From: Candidatus Poribacteria bacterium
Lineage (GTDB): Bacteria; Poribacteria; WGA-4E; PCPOR2b
Length of the DNA: 64,000 nt
NCBI GenBank assembly: GCA_965215015.1
Contig: OZ244042.1
Location: 2,784,001 to 2,848,000, forward strand
Direction of reading: 5' to 3'
Part shown: positions 47,197-60,000 of the stretch, piece by piece
Numbering within the stretch: the stretch's first letter is position 1
How the letters are laid out: each line of letters begins with the position of its first letter
The notes under the pieces: model-generated
What the model was told of the DNA's origin: nothing
The model's input: the letters and a program-made list of their open reading frames with translations, nothing else
Databases searched by the model: none
Position numbers and translations under genes: made by a program

Positions 47197-48216
47197 TGGG
47201 CTCGTGTACCTGATTATTCCCTCCTCCAGCATGGTCAGCAGCGCAGAGTCGTCTACATCAAGCGGCAGGGTAATCTTCGCACGACGGCGGCTTGACTCGT
47301 AGGTCGAAAAGATGAGCTCTGTGGTCTGGATTGCCTTTCGGCCGCTGAGCTCTGGCTCGCGCCCCGTTTTGACGCAATCGATAAGGTCGAGCACGGAGAG
47401 GACGGTATCTCCGCCGGGCAGAACAATACCGTCAAGGTTTGGTGCTTCCCAATCAGCTCTCCCGTGTCGGAGGACGCGCACCGGTGGCTTATCTCGCCCG
47501 CCGACTTCAATGATGCCGTTTGTTCCGATGATACGATTCTGTACTCCAGCCAGCGCAGCCGCGCCTGTTGTGAGTAGACCTTCTACCCCGTTTTTATAGC
47601 GGATCCATGAGACGCCGCTCGTCTCTACCGGCACACCAAAAACGAGATGTTCTTCAACCACATCAATTTGACCCATCACCCATTCTGCCGGTTCGTCGTT
47701 GTTATAGAAGAAGAACATGTCGAACCAGTGCGTTCCCCAGTCAATCATATTGGGACAGGCTCCTTCAAAGCGGTAGACTTGACCGATTGTGCCATCGTTT
47801 GCCAACTCCTTCGCTTTGACAAAGCTCGCACCGAAGCGACGCTGGTGGCAGAAGCTAATCATCACATCGTTGTCCACACACGCTTGATAGAGTGCTTTGG
47901 CGTCGCCCCATGTCGGTGCCATCGGTTTCTCGGCGTGGATGGCTTTAATCCCACTATTCGCTGCTGCGATAACCATCTCTTTGTGCAGCCCAATCCACGT
48001 GCAGACGCTGACAAAGTCGAGCGATTCTTTATCTAGCATTTCGCGATAATCCTCATAAGTTTTCGCAACTCCGAACTGTTCCGCGAAATTCCCCCGCGCT
48101 TCTTCGACCGGATCCGCACATGCGATGATCTCTACCTCCGGCGATGCTTGATAACCTTCCGCATGACCCCGGCCGCGTCCACCACAACCGATGATACCTG
48201 CTTTGAATAATGCCAT
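47164..48216 (-). CDS. Gfo/Idh/MocA oxidoreductase
   Basis: GIIGCGGRG, AEKPMA, HQRRF, DWGTH.FD. Confidence 0.92.
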   Translation of the reverse strand: MALFKAGIIGCGGRGRGHAEGYQASPEVEIIACADPVEEARGNFAEQFGVAKTYEDYREMLDKESLDFVSVCTWIGLHKEMVIAAANSGIKAIHAEKPMAPTWGDAKALYQACVDNDVMISFCHQRRFGASFVKAKELANDGTIGQVYRFEGACPNMIDWGTHWFDMFFFYNNDEPAEWVMGQIDVVEEHLVFGVPVETSGVSWIRYKNGVEGLLTTGAAALAGVQNRIIGTNGIIEVGGRDKPPVRVLRHGRADWEAPNLDGIVLPGGDTVLSVLDLIDCVKTGREPELSGRKAIQTTELIFSTYESSRRRAKITLPLDVDDSALLTMLEEGIIRYTSPYSCLNQDFPD

Positions 48217-48784
48217 AAAGTTCTCCTTCTCAGAATTAAAAATTGTATAAACTCAATAGGTCATACCCTGGCAGGAATACCTCCAACAAACAGCATTAAC
48301 ACCGTAATCTTACGTTTTACATAGGCTTCCGCGCCGTTATGATACCCGAGCCATCCGGCAACGTATCCCGCTTAAAGTCCACAAAAAATTTGAGAGTGTT
48401 GATTCGTTTTTACTTATTGTAGCATCAAGGCATCTATGTGTCAACGTAGGGGAATTGCATCCGTTATAGAAATTACGCAGCGGCGATCACAGGTTAGGCA
48501 CCCCCGATGAATCGAGGATAAGTTGCGGCGCAGCGGCAATCCTGATCCATTGGGGCTCTGTAGCGACGAGAGGGTACGCCCTCCCCCTGCCTACGTTCTT
48601 TCCCCACCGTTTGCGGGGGTAGGGGGGATTGGGCCACGATTGTAGTGTGACACTATTGTGTCGAGGTATGAATCTCGACCGACGAATTCTGTTGACTCTA
48701 ACGGAAATCCCATGGATATTCAACTAGCAACTTACCTTAAAATAGCCCAAGTTGCTAGGCATTGAAAGTTTATGCCCGCGATAA

Positions 48785-49426
48785 ATGAATAAATCAATTT
48801 CACATTTCATGTCTCACCTTTGTAGTCCTCAACTGAAGCATTGGATTAACCTAATTTTGATACTTTGTCTGATGGTAGCCTGCGGCTGCTCAGACAACCC
48901 AGAAATTGATTCCGCAACTGTCCAAAAAGAACACGACGAGGGCTGGGCAGCCTATCATAAAGGAGATTTTTCCACCGCACTGCTGCATTTTGAGCGCGTG
49001 ATTGAGTTGGACACAACCTTTGCCGACGCACACAACGGCTTAGGCTGGACCCATCTCAGTATTTCACATCAGCCCGCAACACGCCCTGAGACTCTCGCCA
49101 AGGCACAAAAGGCATTTGAGGCCGCCATCCGCTCGGACCCTTCCAATGCGGATGCGTGGGTCGGGTTAGCCAATACGCTCTTTCTCCGCCGTGAGGGTGC
49201 TGCGGATTTTCAAACCGCGCTCCGTGCTATCGACAACGCCTTGCAGGCGGATTCCCGCACCCTCTTTCGACATGACTATGAGTCGGTGGCAGCGCTCTAC
49301 GCGCTCCGTGCTGCCTGCTACTACTATGTTGGTCAAACGGAACTTGCTCTATCGATTCTTGAGGGGGCACTTCACCTGGAGCCCTCAAACCCGACTGTGT
49401 TATCACTGCAACAATTATTAAAATAA
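48785..49426 (+). CDS. TPR-repeat (lipo)protein
   Basis: Lipobox-like VACGC; TPR motifs ADAHNGLGW and ADAWVGLA. Confidence 0.75.
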   Translation: MNKSISHFMSHLCSPQLKHWINLILILCLMVACGCSDNPEIDSATVQKEHDEGWAAYHKGDFSTALLHFERVIELDTTFADAHNGLGWTHLSISHQPATRPETLAKAQKAFEAAIRSDPSNADAWVGLANTLFLRREGAADFQTALRAIDNALQADSRTLFRHDYESVAALYALRAACYYYVGQTELALSILEGALHLEPSNPTVLSLQQLLK

Positions 49427-49468
49427 AGTCAATTCTTTCGTTTACCCCTTTGGTGAGGCTTCGTCCGA

Positions 49469-50911
49469 TTAAATAATAAACATCACCATAAATTCATTGA
49501 CCGGCGTGGCTTCCAGTCTCCCCCCATCCAAGCAAAGCTCCATAATTGCCTTCGCCTGCTTCATAGGAAAACGGGTCGCTAGATTATTGGCAAACTTTTC
49601 CTCCAGTAACGGGATACCTTCCGCACGACGACGCCGATGGCCAATCGGATATTCTACCTCAACCTTGTCAGTAGTTGAGCCATCCTTGAAACGAATTTGG
49701 AGCGCATTGGCGATTGAGCGTTTGTTTGGATCGAGGTAATCTTTGCTATACTGCGAATCTTCTACGACGGTCATCTTTTCGCGCAAGGTATCAATGCGCG
49801 GATCCGCCGCAACCTCATCCTCATAGTGGTCGGCGGTGAGTGTTCCGTAAATCAGTCCAATCGCCGCCATATATTGGAGGCAGTGATCGCGATCCGCGGG
49901 ATTGTATAACGGCCCTGTTTTTGAAATGATACGAATCGCGGATTCATGCGTCGTGATTGTAATTTCATCAATTTCATCTAATCGATCTTTCACCCTCCCA
50001 TGCAGCTCGAAAGCACATTCCACGGCTGTCTGGGCGTGAAATTCCGCCGGGAACGCAATCTTGAACAGAATATTTTCCATCACGTAAGTGCCATAAGGCT
50101 GCCGCCGGACGAATGACTTTCCTTTGAACAGTACATCGCAAAATCCCCACCCATCAGCGGAGAGTACCGACGGATAGCCCATTTCTCCCTTCATTGCCAT
50201 CAACGCTAGCCATACTGCCCGACTTGTCGCATCACCCGCCGCCCACGATTTCCGTGAACCGGTGTTCGGTGCTTGCCGATAGACCCGTAGACTGCCCCCA
50301 TCAGCAAAAGCGTTGGAAACGGCATCAATAATCTCTGCCTCACCGCCCCCTAGCATCCTTGCTATAACCGCAGTTGATGCAATTTTCACAAAGTGTACGT
50401 GGTCCAGGCCAACGCGATTCAAGCTGTTTTCCAGCGCGAGGACACCCTGAATCTCATGCGCTTTGATCATCGCAGTGAGGAGGTCACGTACCAAAAGTGG
50501 TGAATTGCCAGCTGCCAGATTCTTGCGGCTCAAGTGGTCTGCGGTCGCAAGGAGGCCGCCCAGATTATCGGACGGATGGCCCCACTCTGCCGCGAGCCAT
50601 GTGTCGTTGTAGTCCAGCCAGCGAATCAGACAGCCGATATTGTAGGCTGCCTGCACTGGATCTAGTTCAAACTGTGTCCCCGGAACGCGAGCACCATGGG
50701 GGACCTGCGTCCCCGGAACCGTTGGTCCCAGATGTTTCGTACATTCGGGATAACGCAATGCCAGCAACGCGCAGCCGATCGAGTCCATCAAGCAGTAGCG
50801 CGCTGTCTCATAAGCGAGATCGCTGTCAATAACGCTTTGTGACACGTACGCGGCAATGTCAGCAAGGATTGGGTCAGGATCAGGGCGAGTGTTCGAGATG
50901 TGTGATACCAT
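49469..50911 (-). CDS. prpD: 2-methylcitrate dehydratase
   Basis: [53 protein letters not shown]. Likely start MVSHISN at 50911. Confidence 0.96.
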   Translation of the reverse strand: MVSHISNTRPDPDPILADIAAYVSQSVIDSDLAYETARYCLMDSIGCALLALRYPECTKHLGPTVPGTQVPHGARVPGTQFELDPVQAAYNIGCLIRWLDYNDTWLAAEWGHPSDNLGGLLATADHLSRKNLAAGNSPLLVRDLLTAMIKAHEIQGVLALENSLNRVGLDHVHFVKIASTAVIARMLGGGEAEIIDAVSNAFADGGSLRVYRQAPNTGSRKSWAAGDATSRAVWLALMAMKGEMGYPSVLSADGWGFCDVLFKGKSFVRRQPYGTYVMENILFKIAFPAEFHAQTAVECAFELHGRVKDRLDEIDEITITTHESAIRIISKTGPLYNPADRDHCLQYMAAIGLIYGTLTADHYEDEVAADPRIDTLREKMTVVEDSQYSKDYLDPNKRSIANALQIRFKDGSTTDKVEVEYPIGHRRRRAEGIPLLEEKFANNLATRFPMKQAKAIMELCLDGGRLEATPVNEFMVMFII

Positions 50912-50960
50912 AAAAAACACCTTCTTTTTTATAGATTGGATTGGACATTTTTGTAGAATT

Positions 50961-52898
50961 TCAATACCATGTCCCCCCATTCAAATAGATCATATAGACC
51001 TGCTGATTTGTCAAAACACCGTAGACCATCCAGAGCCCACCTGTGATGAAATCCCCCAAAATCAAGCCGAAGAAGAACGGAATGGCGCGTTGATACCCCC
51101 TAACTTTGCCATACTTCAGGATAACCGCCTTGAATGCCCAACTGATAAAAAAGGTAAACCAGAAATAGTCGATTGAGGAACTGACAGCGAGCGGATAGCC
51201 GGCGGGGTGAAGGGGCCACCAAAAGAAACGCATTCGCAAGATGAACAGAATCAGAGTTAGCACCATCCCACCTCCCATAAACGCCATACGCAGCGAATCA
51301 ACGGGCATCGGATGATACATCCAGTTTTCCAATCGTCGGAATGCTGTATTAGCGACCCAAATCTTAAAGAATGATACCCGCGCAATTGCCCCGTCGCGGT
51401 ACATCATGTCTAGATTGGTCCACATCCCCACAATGAGTGCGACAACAGACCCAAGCATCATCGCCCAAACCAATCGACGGCTGTTGATGTGGGCGACCTC
51501 AGCCATCTTGAGGGGCTCAAACTGATTTGGATTGGCGTGCGAACGATAGCTCCGGTTAAACCACTGATAGAAGCTCATCACGGTTAAGTTACGTCCACCC
51601 CAAGCGAGTGTTCCAAAACAGGTTACCATTACGTCCATGGGATTATTGGATATCCTGTGGGGGGCACCAAATTCTGCCCGTAGACGGGTGATAACAATGG
51701 CAATAGCAAAATAGAGGGCGAAAAAGATTGGAATAGCGACGATTGACATGCCAGCTTGAGCGGAGAAAATAGCCATAAACAGAAATCCACCTGCCAATCC
51801 AATCAATGCGGTCCTATACCGCATCGGCTCATCCGCATCAGTCAATGAGGTTGCCGAAAATGCGGTACGAAACACAAAAGCCAAATGCTTCCGCGTTGCC
51901 CATATCGCAATAAAAAATAGACAGAACCAACCGCCGCCGGATTGTTCGTGAAAGTACGGGAAGCCGGGGAGATGTGTAAGTCCCAAATAAGTGACCAACA
52001 CACTAATTAGCCGCCGCAGCACATAGAAGAACCAACAGGTAAAGGAGAGATCGAGCGGCAGGAAAAATCCGAGTCCAATCATGAATGGATAGAAAGAGAG
52101 CCGTATGCCCGCCATCGCACTCCACGGCTTCTCGGCGAAATATTGACTGATAGAGGTCAACTTAAGGTGGAGATATGGAACGGATGGGAAAAGGACGTGT
52201 AAGCCGTTCATGAGATCCAAAGCGGCGGGGATAGCGAAACCGAGCCATAGAAAACCGTTCCGAAGGAAACGTGATGATTGCACCATCGCCACAGGCAATT
52301 GGATAATTGGAAACGCCAGTCGTTCGGTTTGTACCCACTGCCGACGCACGAGGGTGTTCATGCAGTGGAGCATAAATAGCAACACCAGGGTGAAGACTGT
52401 CCAGACCAATAGGGGTCTTATCCACGCGTTAAGATGCTTTGCTTTATAAAGCGTCGAATCTCCCTCGTAGTATTCGGCGAGTATATCATGGGGTGTATTA
52501 GCGGTGAACCAAGGGGGGATGTAATGAAAGAAAAGTTCCTGCCACTCATTTTCTGGCGAGGCGAATTGGTAGGGGTGAAGGAAGAACGCGAACAGATCTT
52601 GCAACATCCCATACGACGCAATTGAGGTCGAAATCACGAGCATGGAATAAATGGTAAGCAGTTCCCCAGCGGATAAACAAATCCGCTGCCACACCTTCGA
52701 TAGGCAGTTGTTGAAAACAACAAGGCAGAACAGAATAAAAATAGGGTAGATGAATATCGGCAAGGCGGTCGCCTCTGCACGGTACTTCATCTCTACAACT
52801 GTCACCCAATAGACGTTGACGGGGACTAATAACAGACCGATTTGTATTGCGCGCGCCGTTGCGCCGTTATATTTCCTGCGTTCGGGAGTCTCTTGCAA
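50961..52898 (-). CDS. Multi-pass membrane protein, OPT-like peptide transporter family (DUF6785/DUF6784-like)
   Basis: RRQW...[32 protein letters not shown]; many TM helices. Confidence 0.75.
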   Translation of the reverse strand: MQETPERRKYNGATARAIQIGLLLVPVNVYWVTVVEMKYRAEATALPIFIYPIFILFCLVVFNNCLSKVWQRICLSAGELLTIYSMLVISTSIASYGMLQDLFAFFLHPYQFASPENEWQELFFHYIPPWFTANTPHDILAEYYEGDSTLYKAKHLNAWIRPLLVWTVFTLVLLFMLHCMNTLVRRQWVQTERLAFPIIQLPVAMVQSSRFLRNGFLWLGFAIPAALDLMNGLHVLFPSVPYLHLKLTSISQYFAEKPWSAMAGIRLSFYPFMIGLGFFLPLDLSFTCWFFYVLRRLISVLVTYLGLTHLPGFPYFHEQSGGGWFCLFFIAIWATRKHLAFVFRTAFSATSLTDADEPMRYRTALIGLAGGFLFMAIFSAQAGMSIVAIPIFFALYFAIAIVITRLRAEFGAPHRISNNPMDVMVTCFGTLAWGGRNLTVMSFYQWFNRSYRSHANPNQFEPLKMAEVAHINSRRLVWAMMLGSVVALIVGMWTNLDMMYRDGAIARVSFFKIWVANTAFRRLENWMYHPMPVDSLRMAFMGGGMVLTLILFILRMRFFWWPLHPAGYPLAVSSSIDYFWFTFFISWAFKAVILKYGKVRGYQRAIPFFFGLILGDFITGGLWMVYGVLTNQQVYMIYLNGGTWY

Positions 52899-53101
52899 TT
52901 AAGCACTCCATTATCCTCAAGCCAATTTGAGTTGGTGTTTCACTACTATACTTATGGTACTCCCCATTACTGAATGAGTGTAGCACCAAGCACATCTATT
53001 GTCAAGAGGGGTTGAAGGATTAAGCCAATCTATGGTACTATATCTTACACTTTGACCTGAAATTGACCTGAGAGATTGCGCTCAGAAAGTGAGGCAAAAA
53101 A

Positions 53102-54250
53102 ATGGCATCCGTCCAAAACAATCCCGGTTCTTATCTCACCGCAGCGCGTGAACTCGCAGCCCGTGTTGCCGCGGTCACCGATCATATCGATCGCGACCGG
53201 GAACTGCCTGAAGAACTTTTTACAGAGCTCGCGGACAAGGGGTTCTTCCGCCTCCTTGTACCTCGGTCCCTCGGCGGCGGGGAGATCGACTATCTGGAGC
53301 ATCTGTCCATCGTTCAGACCTTCGCTGAAGTCGACGCTAGCACCGCATGGTGTATCAACCAAAATAATGTCTTTGCAACCGTCTCTGCAAAGATGCCTGA
53401 GTCGTTAGCGCAAGAGATTTGGGGTGCTCCGCGAGCGGTAGTCGCAAATGGTCCCTCGACAAATGCCTCTGCCATTCCGGTTAGCGGTGGATACCGTCTC
53501 ACAGGGCGATGGAATTTTAGCAGTGGCTGCCGCCATGCCACTTGGATGGCAGCGGTTGCCCCCGTCACAAAGCCATCAAGAAACAAGGGGGAGGATCGGA
53601 TGCTGATCATGCCAAAAGAGCAGGTGACCCTCGTCGATGTGTGGCAGGTCAACGGGCTTCGGGGAACTGGAACTTTTAGCTTTGAGGTTAAGGAGACCTT
53701 CGTCCCCAGGGATCGGACGTTCAATCCGGCCGCTACTCCGCGTGAACAGGGAGCATTGTATGTGATGCCGATGTTGTTGCTGTTCGCTTCGGGATTTGCC
53801 TGTACTGCGCTCGGCGTAGCCCGTTCGGCGTTGGATGCTGCCATTGAGTTGGCGGGTGGTAAGCGTCCGCGCTTGGATCGAGATGTGTTGAGAGATAAAC
53901 CTATTGTCCAACGGGAAATCGGCAGAGCCGAGGCAATCTGGGGGGCGGCGCGTGCGTTTCTGCTTGAAACTGCAGCCACAGCGTGGGAGAGTGCCTGCAC
54001 GGTTCAGGTCCTGACGCTTGAGGAACGCATCCGACTACGATTGGCTTCAACGCACGCTATCCGCATGGCAGCGGCGGTGGTTGATATTGCTTATGAGGTG
54101 TGCGGTTCCGATGCCATTTTCGAGCACAAGCCAATTCAACGCCGGTTTCAGGACGCGCATGTTATCACGCAGCAGATACAGGGACGTATGGCGCATTATG
54201 ACACGGCAGGTCAGTTTTTCTTAGGTCTGGAGCCGGAGGGCATGTTCTAG
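53102..54250 (+). CDS. Acyl-CoA dehydrogenase-fold flavin monooxygenase (HsaA/PigA-like)
   Basis: G.WNFSSGC.HA.W, W...GLRGTG, QRRF.D. Confidence 0.85.
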   Translation: MASVQNNPGSYLTAARELAARVAAVTDHIDRDRELPEELFTELADKGFFRLLVPRSLGGGEIDYLEHLSIVQTFAEVDASTAWCINQNNVFATVSAKMPESLAQEIWGAPRAVVANGPSTNASAIPVSGGYRLTGRWNFSSGCRHATWMAAVAPVTKPSRNKGEDRMLIMPKEQVTLVDVWQVNGLRGTGTFSFEVKETFVPRDRTFNPAATPREQGALYVMPMLLLFASGFACTALGVARSALDAAIELAGGKRPRLDRDVLRDKPIVQREIGRAEAIWGAARAFLLETAATAWESACTVQVLTLEERIRLRLASTHAIRMAAAVVDIAYEVCGSDAIFEHKPIQRRFQDAHVITQQIQGRMAHYDTAGQFFLGLEPEGMF

Positions 54251-54279
54251 CGGTTGCCTTTAGCGTTTTGCACTTTCTT

Positions 54280-55938
54280 TTAACACGGGCCGCTCACCTT
54301 TCCTCTCGCTTCTAAGACCTTTGAAACGACCATTTCGACGTCGGCTTCATCAACAAACGGGGATAGGATGAATGACTTTAATGCAACAATCGGTTCACCG
54401 TATTGAGTTCGCCGATAGCAATCTGTTAGAGAAATCATAACCCCTCTACCCTCCATCGCTTCTGAATGTACGTATTGCGAGATTTCTCGATTGTAGTCGT
54501 TGTGTGCAAGCAAACTATCGCGGTAGCTGGCATCCTCAAATTCATGTCTCTTGATTGAGAAGGTATCAACACCGATTGGATAAGCGCGGAAAAGTGTAAC
54601 CGTTCCGAAATTTTCTCGGTTCAGTAAGGTGGTGCCTTCGTGTCCTTCCAGATGTTCACGCAGGAGTTGTGTCATTTCAACGATGTGACCGAGGATGACT
54701 TGTAATCCCTGTTCTCCGAACAACCGAAAATTGGCGAGGGCAGCAAGGGGCCCTGTCCCGGCTCTCGAGGTTTCAAGCGTATACATCCCGGGACGATACT
54801 CTCCAAACTGATAGAGGTAGGGCATCTGCCCCGGGGGACGTTTTATCAGTTCCAAGTCCGCTTGATTTTTGACGAGAACGAGGCTGGAGATATAAGGCGT
54901 AAAGCCGGTTTTGTGAAAGTCAATGCCAACGGAATCTGCTAGGGATAAATGCTGGATGCGCCGGAATGCACCAGCCAAGGCACGGACGGTACGCGGGCGA
55001 AACCCAAGGGGGTTATTTTCAAAATCGTAGTCGTTGAACACAGACCAAGCCCACCCAATAGCTGCATCCGCGTGGATGTGTGGGCGATAGTCAAGTTGGA
55101 ATTCATCGACGAGTCTGTCTCGTAATGCCGCAATGCGCTCTAAATCGTCCAACCCAAACGCATCGGTGGTGCCTAACGTCGCAATGATGGTGGCAATTTT
55201 TTTTCCACACTCCAGTGTTGTCCGTGCTTCCTGCTCAAGTTGTACGAGATCTATTTCGTTTTCGGTTGTTGTTGGAATCATGATTAGATTGTTCGTTCCT
55301 ATTCCGAGCCAACCGACAATGTTAGCGGCACAGTAGTGTCCCGCGTCTGACACGAACACGACAGCATCTCCAGGCACACCGTTGTGTAGCGTCCCCGGAC
55401 AAGCCTTTTCAAGACCCAATTTCACCCCGTAGAGTGTCGTTGCGGTACCGCCAAAGGTAAACACACCACTCGCCTGTTCCGGATGGTATCCAATCAATTG
55501 TGATGCCATAGCGACTGCCTCGACCTCAGCCAACGCCACCAAGCGACTGTATTCATCCCAAGCCATATTTGGATTATACAGCGAAGCGAGGAGTACCCCA
55601 ATCAGACTTGGAATCGTGGGTGGAGGGACAACATTCTGTTGCGTCCGGGGATGCCCAAAGATGGTCATCCCTTGAAGATAACTCACCAGTTCAGCTGTGA
55701 CCTCCTCAACTGAAGCTATAGTATCCGGCAACGTCGCTTCTCTGGCTTTCTCGAAATCACCGATGACGATGGCACCGAGCATTGGTAGATGTGTTTTCAG
55801 GTCATCAACCTGATCCAAGGCGCGCATAATGGAATGCACAAAGTACGAGTCATGGATAGCATCGGATACAGGTTGGGGAAAGGCAAGTCGAATCTTTTCT
55901 AAGATGTCACGGTAAGCCATGTTGTTTCTCCGATTCAT
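54280..55938 (-). CDS. Group II PLP-dependent decarboxylase
   Basis: FTFGGT, GTTDAFG.D, HADAA.G, DS..IDFHK (PLP Lys). Confidence 0.88.
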   Translation of the reverse strand: MNRRNNMAYRDILEKIRLAFPQPVSDAIHDSYFVHSIMRALDQVDDLKTHLPMLGAIVIGDFEKAREATLPDTIASVEEVTAELVSYLQGMTIFGHPRTQQNVVPPPTIPSLIGVLLASLYNPNMAWDEYSRLVALAEVEAVAMASQLIGYHPEQASGVFTFGGTATTLYGVKLGLEKACPGTLHNGVPGDAVVFVSDAGHYCAANIVGWLGIGTNNLIMIPTTTENEIDLVQLEQEARTTLECGKKIATIIATLGTTDAFGLDDLERIAALRDRLVDEFQLDYRPHIHADAAIGWAWSVFNDYDFENNPLGFRPRTVRALAGAFRRIQHLSLADSVGIDFHKTGFTPYISSLVLVKNQADLELIKRPPGQMPYLYQFGEYRPGMYTLETSRAGTGPLAALANFRLFGEQGLQVILGHIVEMTQLLREHLEGHEGTTLLNRENFGTVTLFRAYPIGVDTFSIKRHEFEDASYRDSLLAHNDYNREISQYVHSEAMEGRGVMISLTDCYRRTQYGEPIVALKSFILSPFVDEADVEMVVSKVLEARGKVSGPC

Positions 55939-55977
55939 GGTTGCTTGGCATCGGGAGGTTAATTAAAGTTACAAGTT

Positions 55978-57036
55978 TTACACGTGAAACACATACAAAT
56001 CCCGATTCTGCATCGGCAAGTCTACCCAGCGACCACCCTGCCGATGGCTCTCCGCCACGGCGATACACGCCGCTGTTATTGGGTGTGTCACCTCAATATT
56101 GCCCAGGGATGGGCGTCCCGACTCATACGCGTTTACCAAGTCCTCTAGGCAAGAGACCACTGTGCTGACCGACGTCTCTTCTGGAAATGATTCTCCTTCC
56201 CATTCTAGGGGCCAGCCATCAGTGTCATTCAGCCTCCGGTAAGTCACAGCTGCGCCATCCCACATCGATCGGATAGTCCCTTCCGTCCCGACTATCTCAT
56301 ACTCTCGTCCCCCATTCGGGATGGAGTACGCTTCGATTCCGTTGGCGAAAACAAGTTGAAAAATTGCCTGCGGGTCCTCCTCAAGGCGGTTGTCCTTAAC
56401 CTTTATATTTCTAGGCAGCAAATCCCCCCGGACCGCTGCGATCCCCGGGTCTCCCAGTAGGTAGGAAACGGTATCCATCCAGTGGATGTGCACGTGCATC
56501 AGGCTAGCAGCCCCATAGACCACAGCCGCTTGCGGTTCACCGATATCCCCTCGCGCAACCATCTGCCGTATCCGCTTGTACCGTTCACTGAACCGTCTTA
56601 ATACACCGGTATTGAACGCGGTGCCGTGTGTGCGGCAGGCTTCGAGCACTTCATCAGCCTTTTGCACAGAGCAAGAGATTGCCTTTTCGACAAAGAGCAT
56701 CGGCACACCAGCATTCGCCGCATAGATTGCCATATCTGCGTGTGCATCGTCCCGAAAGGCAGTTGATGGGGCGCGACTGCCCGGTTTGGGCAAACCGGTC
56801 GCTGTTGTACACACCGCTACTATATCGGGCTGTTCATTTTCGATCATCTCTTGATAATCTTCGTAAGCTGTTTCTATGCCCCATTTCTCTTGGAATGCTG
56901 TCCGCCGCTCTGGAATCGTCTCTGCCCCTGCCACTATTTGAAGCCGTTTACTCACATGGGAAGCCGACGCGATCGATTGGTCAAGTGTACTGCCCATACG
57001 CCCTAGTCCTACAATCGCCACCCGGTAGGTCTTCAT
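55978..57036 (-). CDS. Gfo/Idh/MocA oxidoreductase
   Basis: AAGGAG RBS before ATG 57036, AIVGLGRMG, VEKA, GDIGE. Confidence 0.88.
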   Translation of the reverse strand: MKTYRVAIVGLGRMGSTLDQSIASASHVSKRLQIVAGAETIPERRTAFQEKWGIETAYEDYQEMIENEQPDIVAVCTTATGLPKPGSRAPSTAFRDDAHADMAIYAANAGVPMLFVEKAISCSVQKADEVLEACRTHGTAFNTGVLRRFSERYKRIRQMVARGDIGEPQAAVVYGAASLMHVHIHWMDTVSYLLGDPGIAAVRGDLLPRNIKVKDNRLEEDPQAIFQLVFANGIEAYSIPNGGREYEIVGTEGTIRSMWDGAAVTYRRLNDTDGWPLEWEGESFPEETSVSTVVSCLEDLVNAYESGRPSLGNIEVTHPITAACIAVAESHRQGGRWVDLPMQNRDLYVFHV

Positions 57037-57054
57037 TGTATTCTCCTTCACATA

Positions 57055-60000
57055 TAAACTATGAAAATGTACAAAAGCTTTACGCGGTATATTTTTAATA
57101 TCTCGGATGTTATCACAAATGCAGGTAAGACGCTATGAAAAACTTCAGGGACGATATGGTAGTGGATTGTCACAGGTTTATCTAAAGGAGAAACCCCGTA
57201 GGTCAAGATTCATACAACGGGGTTTATCATTCGTACAAAAAAAAGCTGCTAAATGCCTCGGTGTGAGACATTTAGCAGCTATGTTAAGTGAATGTATAGC
57301 CCGGACGCTACTTCAGAATCAGCATCTTACGGGTTGCAGAGAAGTCTCCTGCACTCAGGCTGTAGAAGTAGATGCCACTGGCTACCTGTTCCCCGAAACG
57401 GTTTCGCCCGTCCCAGTAGATGGCTTTGGCTCTCGACTCATAGACCGCCGCGGTCTGATGCCCCATATCAAGGGTTCGCACCACCTGACCCGCGGTATCA
57501 TAAATCGTCAAGACGACATCCGCATCTGATGCCAACCGATACGGTATCCACGTCTCTGGGTTGAACGGATTCGGATAGTTTCGCAGCAGCTCCGTCTCTG
57601 ACGGAATCTCATAGGCGATGAGGTCTGCCAACTCAATACGAGTGGCTTTCACATCGTCAACCGTAACGATATGACGCACCGGCTGGACACCGATTAACGG
57701 ACTCGGTGAATCGGCTGAAATCTCCAGGACATCCCCAACCTGTGCCGCATGACCGATTTTCAGGTCAACAAAGGTCATGTTGTAGCCTGTTGCTGTCTCT
57801 GCGGAGGTCACCCGGTTGAGTGCGGCTTTGGTGGAGAGATTCTTCACCTTGACCCGGAATCCGTCCTGCGCCACTCCGGTGCTCTCATCAACGACTGAAC
57901 CGTTGACATCCAGGACGGGGGTTTGACCGGCAACCTGATGGCTAACCAACGCGATAGGTGCAGCCGCCGCAGTGTCGTTGCTCCAACCTGTTCCGATAAG
58001 TGCAGCGGTTGCATCGGTGGTCGCTGTGACCAGATAGGCAGCATCGCCCATGACCGGTCCATCATTTACATCGCCTGCTGCTGCAACGGACTTGTATCCA
58101 TCCGCCGTTGAAACAACGACACTGGCGACAACGCCGGTAGCAAAGAGCGCGGCAATGTCGCTGACATTGGTCAGTCTCGCATCGTTAACGGGTAGACCGA
58201 TGAGGTTAGAACCGGCGGTGAGATTAATGGTTGATGCGCCGTCGTCCCAGGCATAACCTGTGAAAGTCACCGTCGCTTCGGCACTCATAGAAACGAGGAT
58301 ACCCAGGTCTGCGGTAATCGGTACATCGTCGCTCCGGCTATTCCATAAATCGGTCGCCCTATCATAGACAATGAGCAGATTGGCGCCGCTGCCGAGCATC
58401 TCTCGGAGGTCGCCTACTGTGTTGAGCCCCTCAACAGCCAACGGGACGTGGAACAGGCTCGTACCCGCCGGTATCGTTGAGGTGTAGGACAGCATGTTGT
58501 CCAACGTAACCATCGCCGTGCCGCTGCCGCTGTTGCCGGCGGCGTCGATAGCGGTTACAGTGATGGTTTTGGACCCGTTAATGGCTGTGTTAGCTTCACT
58601 GACAACGACCGAGGCACTATACGAACCATCGGCACCCATCGTCAGAGCGACCCCATCGGTTTGGGTGGTGTCTAACGTAGAGACGTCCGCCGTCACGGAG
58701 ATAATGCTGCTCGCGTCGGAGACGGTCGCAGAGATTTCCACCGGCTCACCGTCGGCCACGGTCTCAGGAGACGCCATCGCCATCACGGTCGGCATGGTGC
58801 TGTCAAGTGTCAACGCATTGGACACCATCACACTTTGACCATTCAGACTGACAGAGACATCATACATACCATCGGCGTGCTGATCTGCCACGACGGTAAA
58901 CGAACCGCTGTAGGTGCCGCTCGCTACTTCTGTCATCGAGTGGTCGGTGACAATCGACCCGACGGAGAACATGACGGTTCGACCCGCCGTGCCCATGGCA
59001 CTGACGGTGACAGTCTCACCCGCCATCGCGAGTGCAGGTTCAATCGTGACGCTGCCTTCGGTAATGGCTATCACAGAGGTTGTGACCGTGACCGGCTGGC
59101 TCGCCATCGTCAGTCCCGGTGCTGTCGCGGTAATCGTTGCGATACCGGGGGTCGAATCCTGATAGTATACCATCGCTGAGACCTCGCCGCCTGCAACGGT
59201 TACGGTGATGCTTTCGGTTCCCGTCCCTTCAGCGAGCTCGGAGAACGTGCCTGCGGAGCTGGAGGTCAGGGTGACCGACACATCGGAGGCCATCGCCACC
59301 TCATGCCCATCGGCATCTCTCAACCCGACGGTGATACCTAACGGCATCGCCCCCTCGTCGGCTGAAACGGTGCCAGCACTGCTCAGTGTGAGTTGGCTCG
59401 GCGTCGAGTCTTGGACGCGCACCGAAACATTGGAGTCTACCCGTTGACCATCAAACAGCATGACGAATTCAGAGACCTCACGGTTGGCTGGGGCGTCGGC
59501 ATTTTGGTAGGTGAAGATAATTTCATCACCCGCTTCGACCTCAAGCCCACCTAATTTCACACGCGCCACCATGTCTCGACCGACCGGTGTCAGTTTCTCG
59601 ACACTCACCGTCGTCGCAACCCCCATCTGCCGGTGCACCACGGTGTAGGTTCCCTTATTTTCAGGGTCCATCGCCGCACTGCTCGGCGTAGTCCAACCGG
59701 GGGGCACCTGCACCCGGAATTCCCGTGGCGCGTTGACGAGGCCGACAGCAGTGTAGGTAAAGGTCAGGTTCACACCTGTCGCCCCGGCGTCTACAATCCT
59801 CGGGGCGACCTCACCGGAACCGGCACCCCGTCTCGCCTCGTCGACGTCGACGGTCAGCATGGTCTCATCGCCGGAGACATCGTCAAAATCATCGGCTGCA
59901 TCGCCCCCGTGGACTCCAACCGCAAAGGCGACACCGGTGCCCACGTTGGGCTGCACATCACCTGTATAGACAAAGGTCACCGTCCCGTTGGCACTCAAGT

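Noticed and set aside
48480-48700. Possible structured ncRNA (SRP/tRNA-like)
   Set aside because: Resolves into REP-like palindromes also seen at 24598-24716 and 26780-26850; no diagnostic ncRNA motifs recognised.
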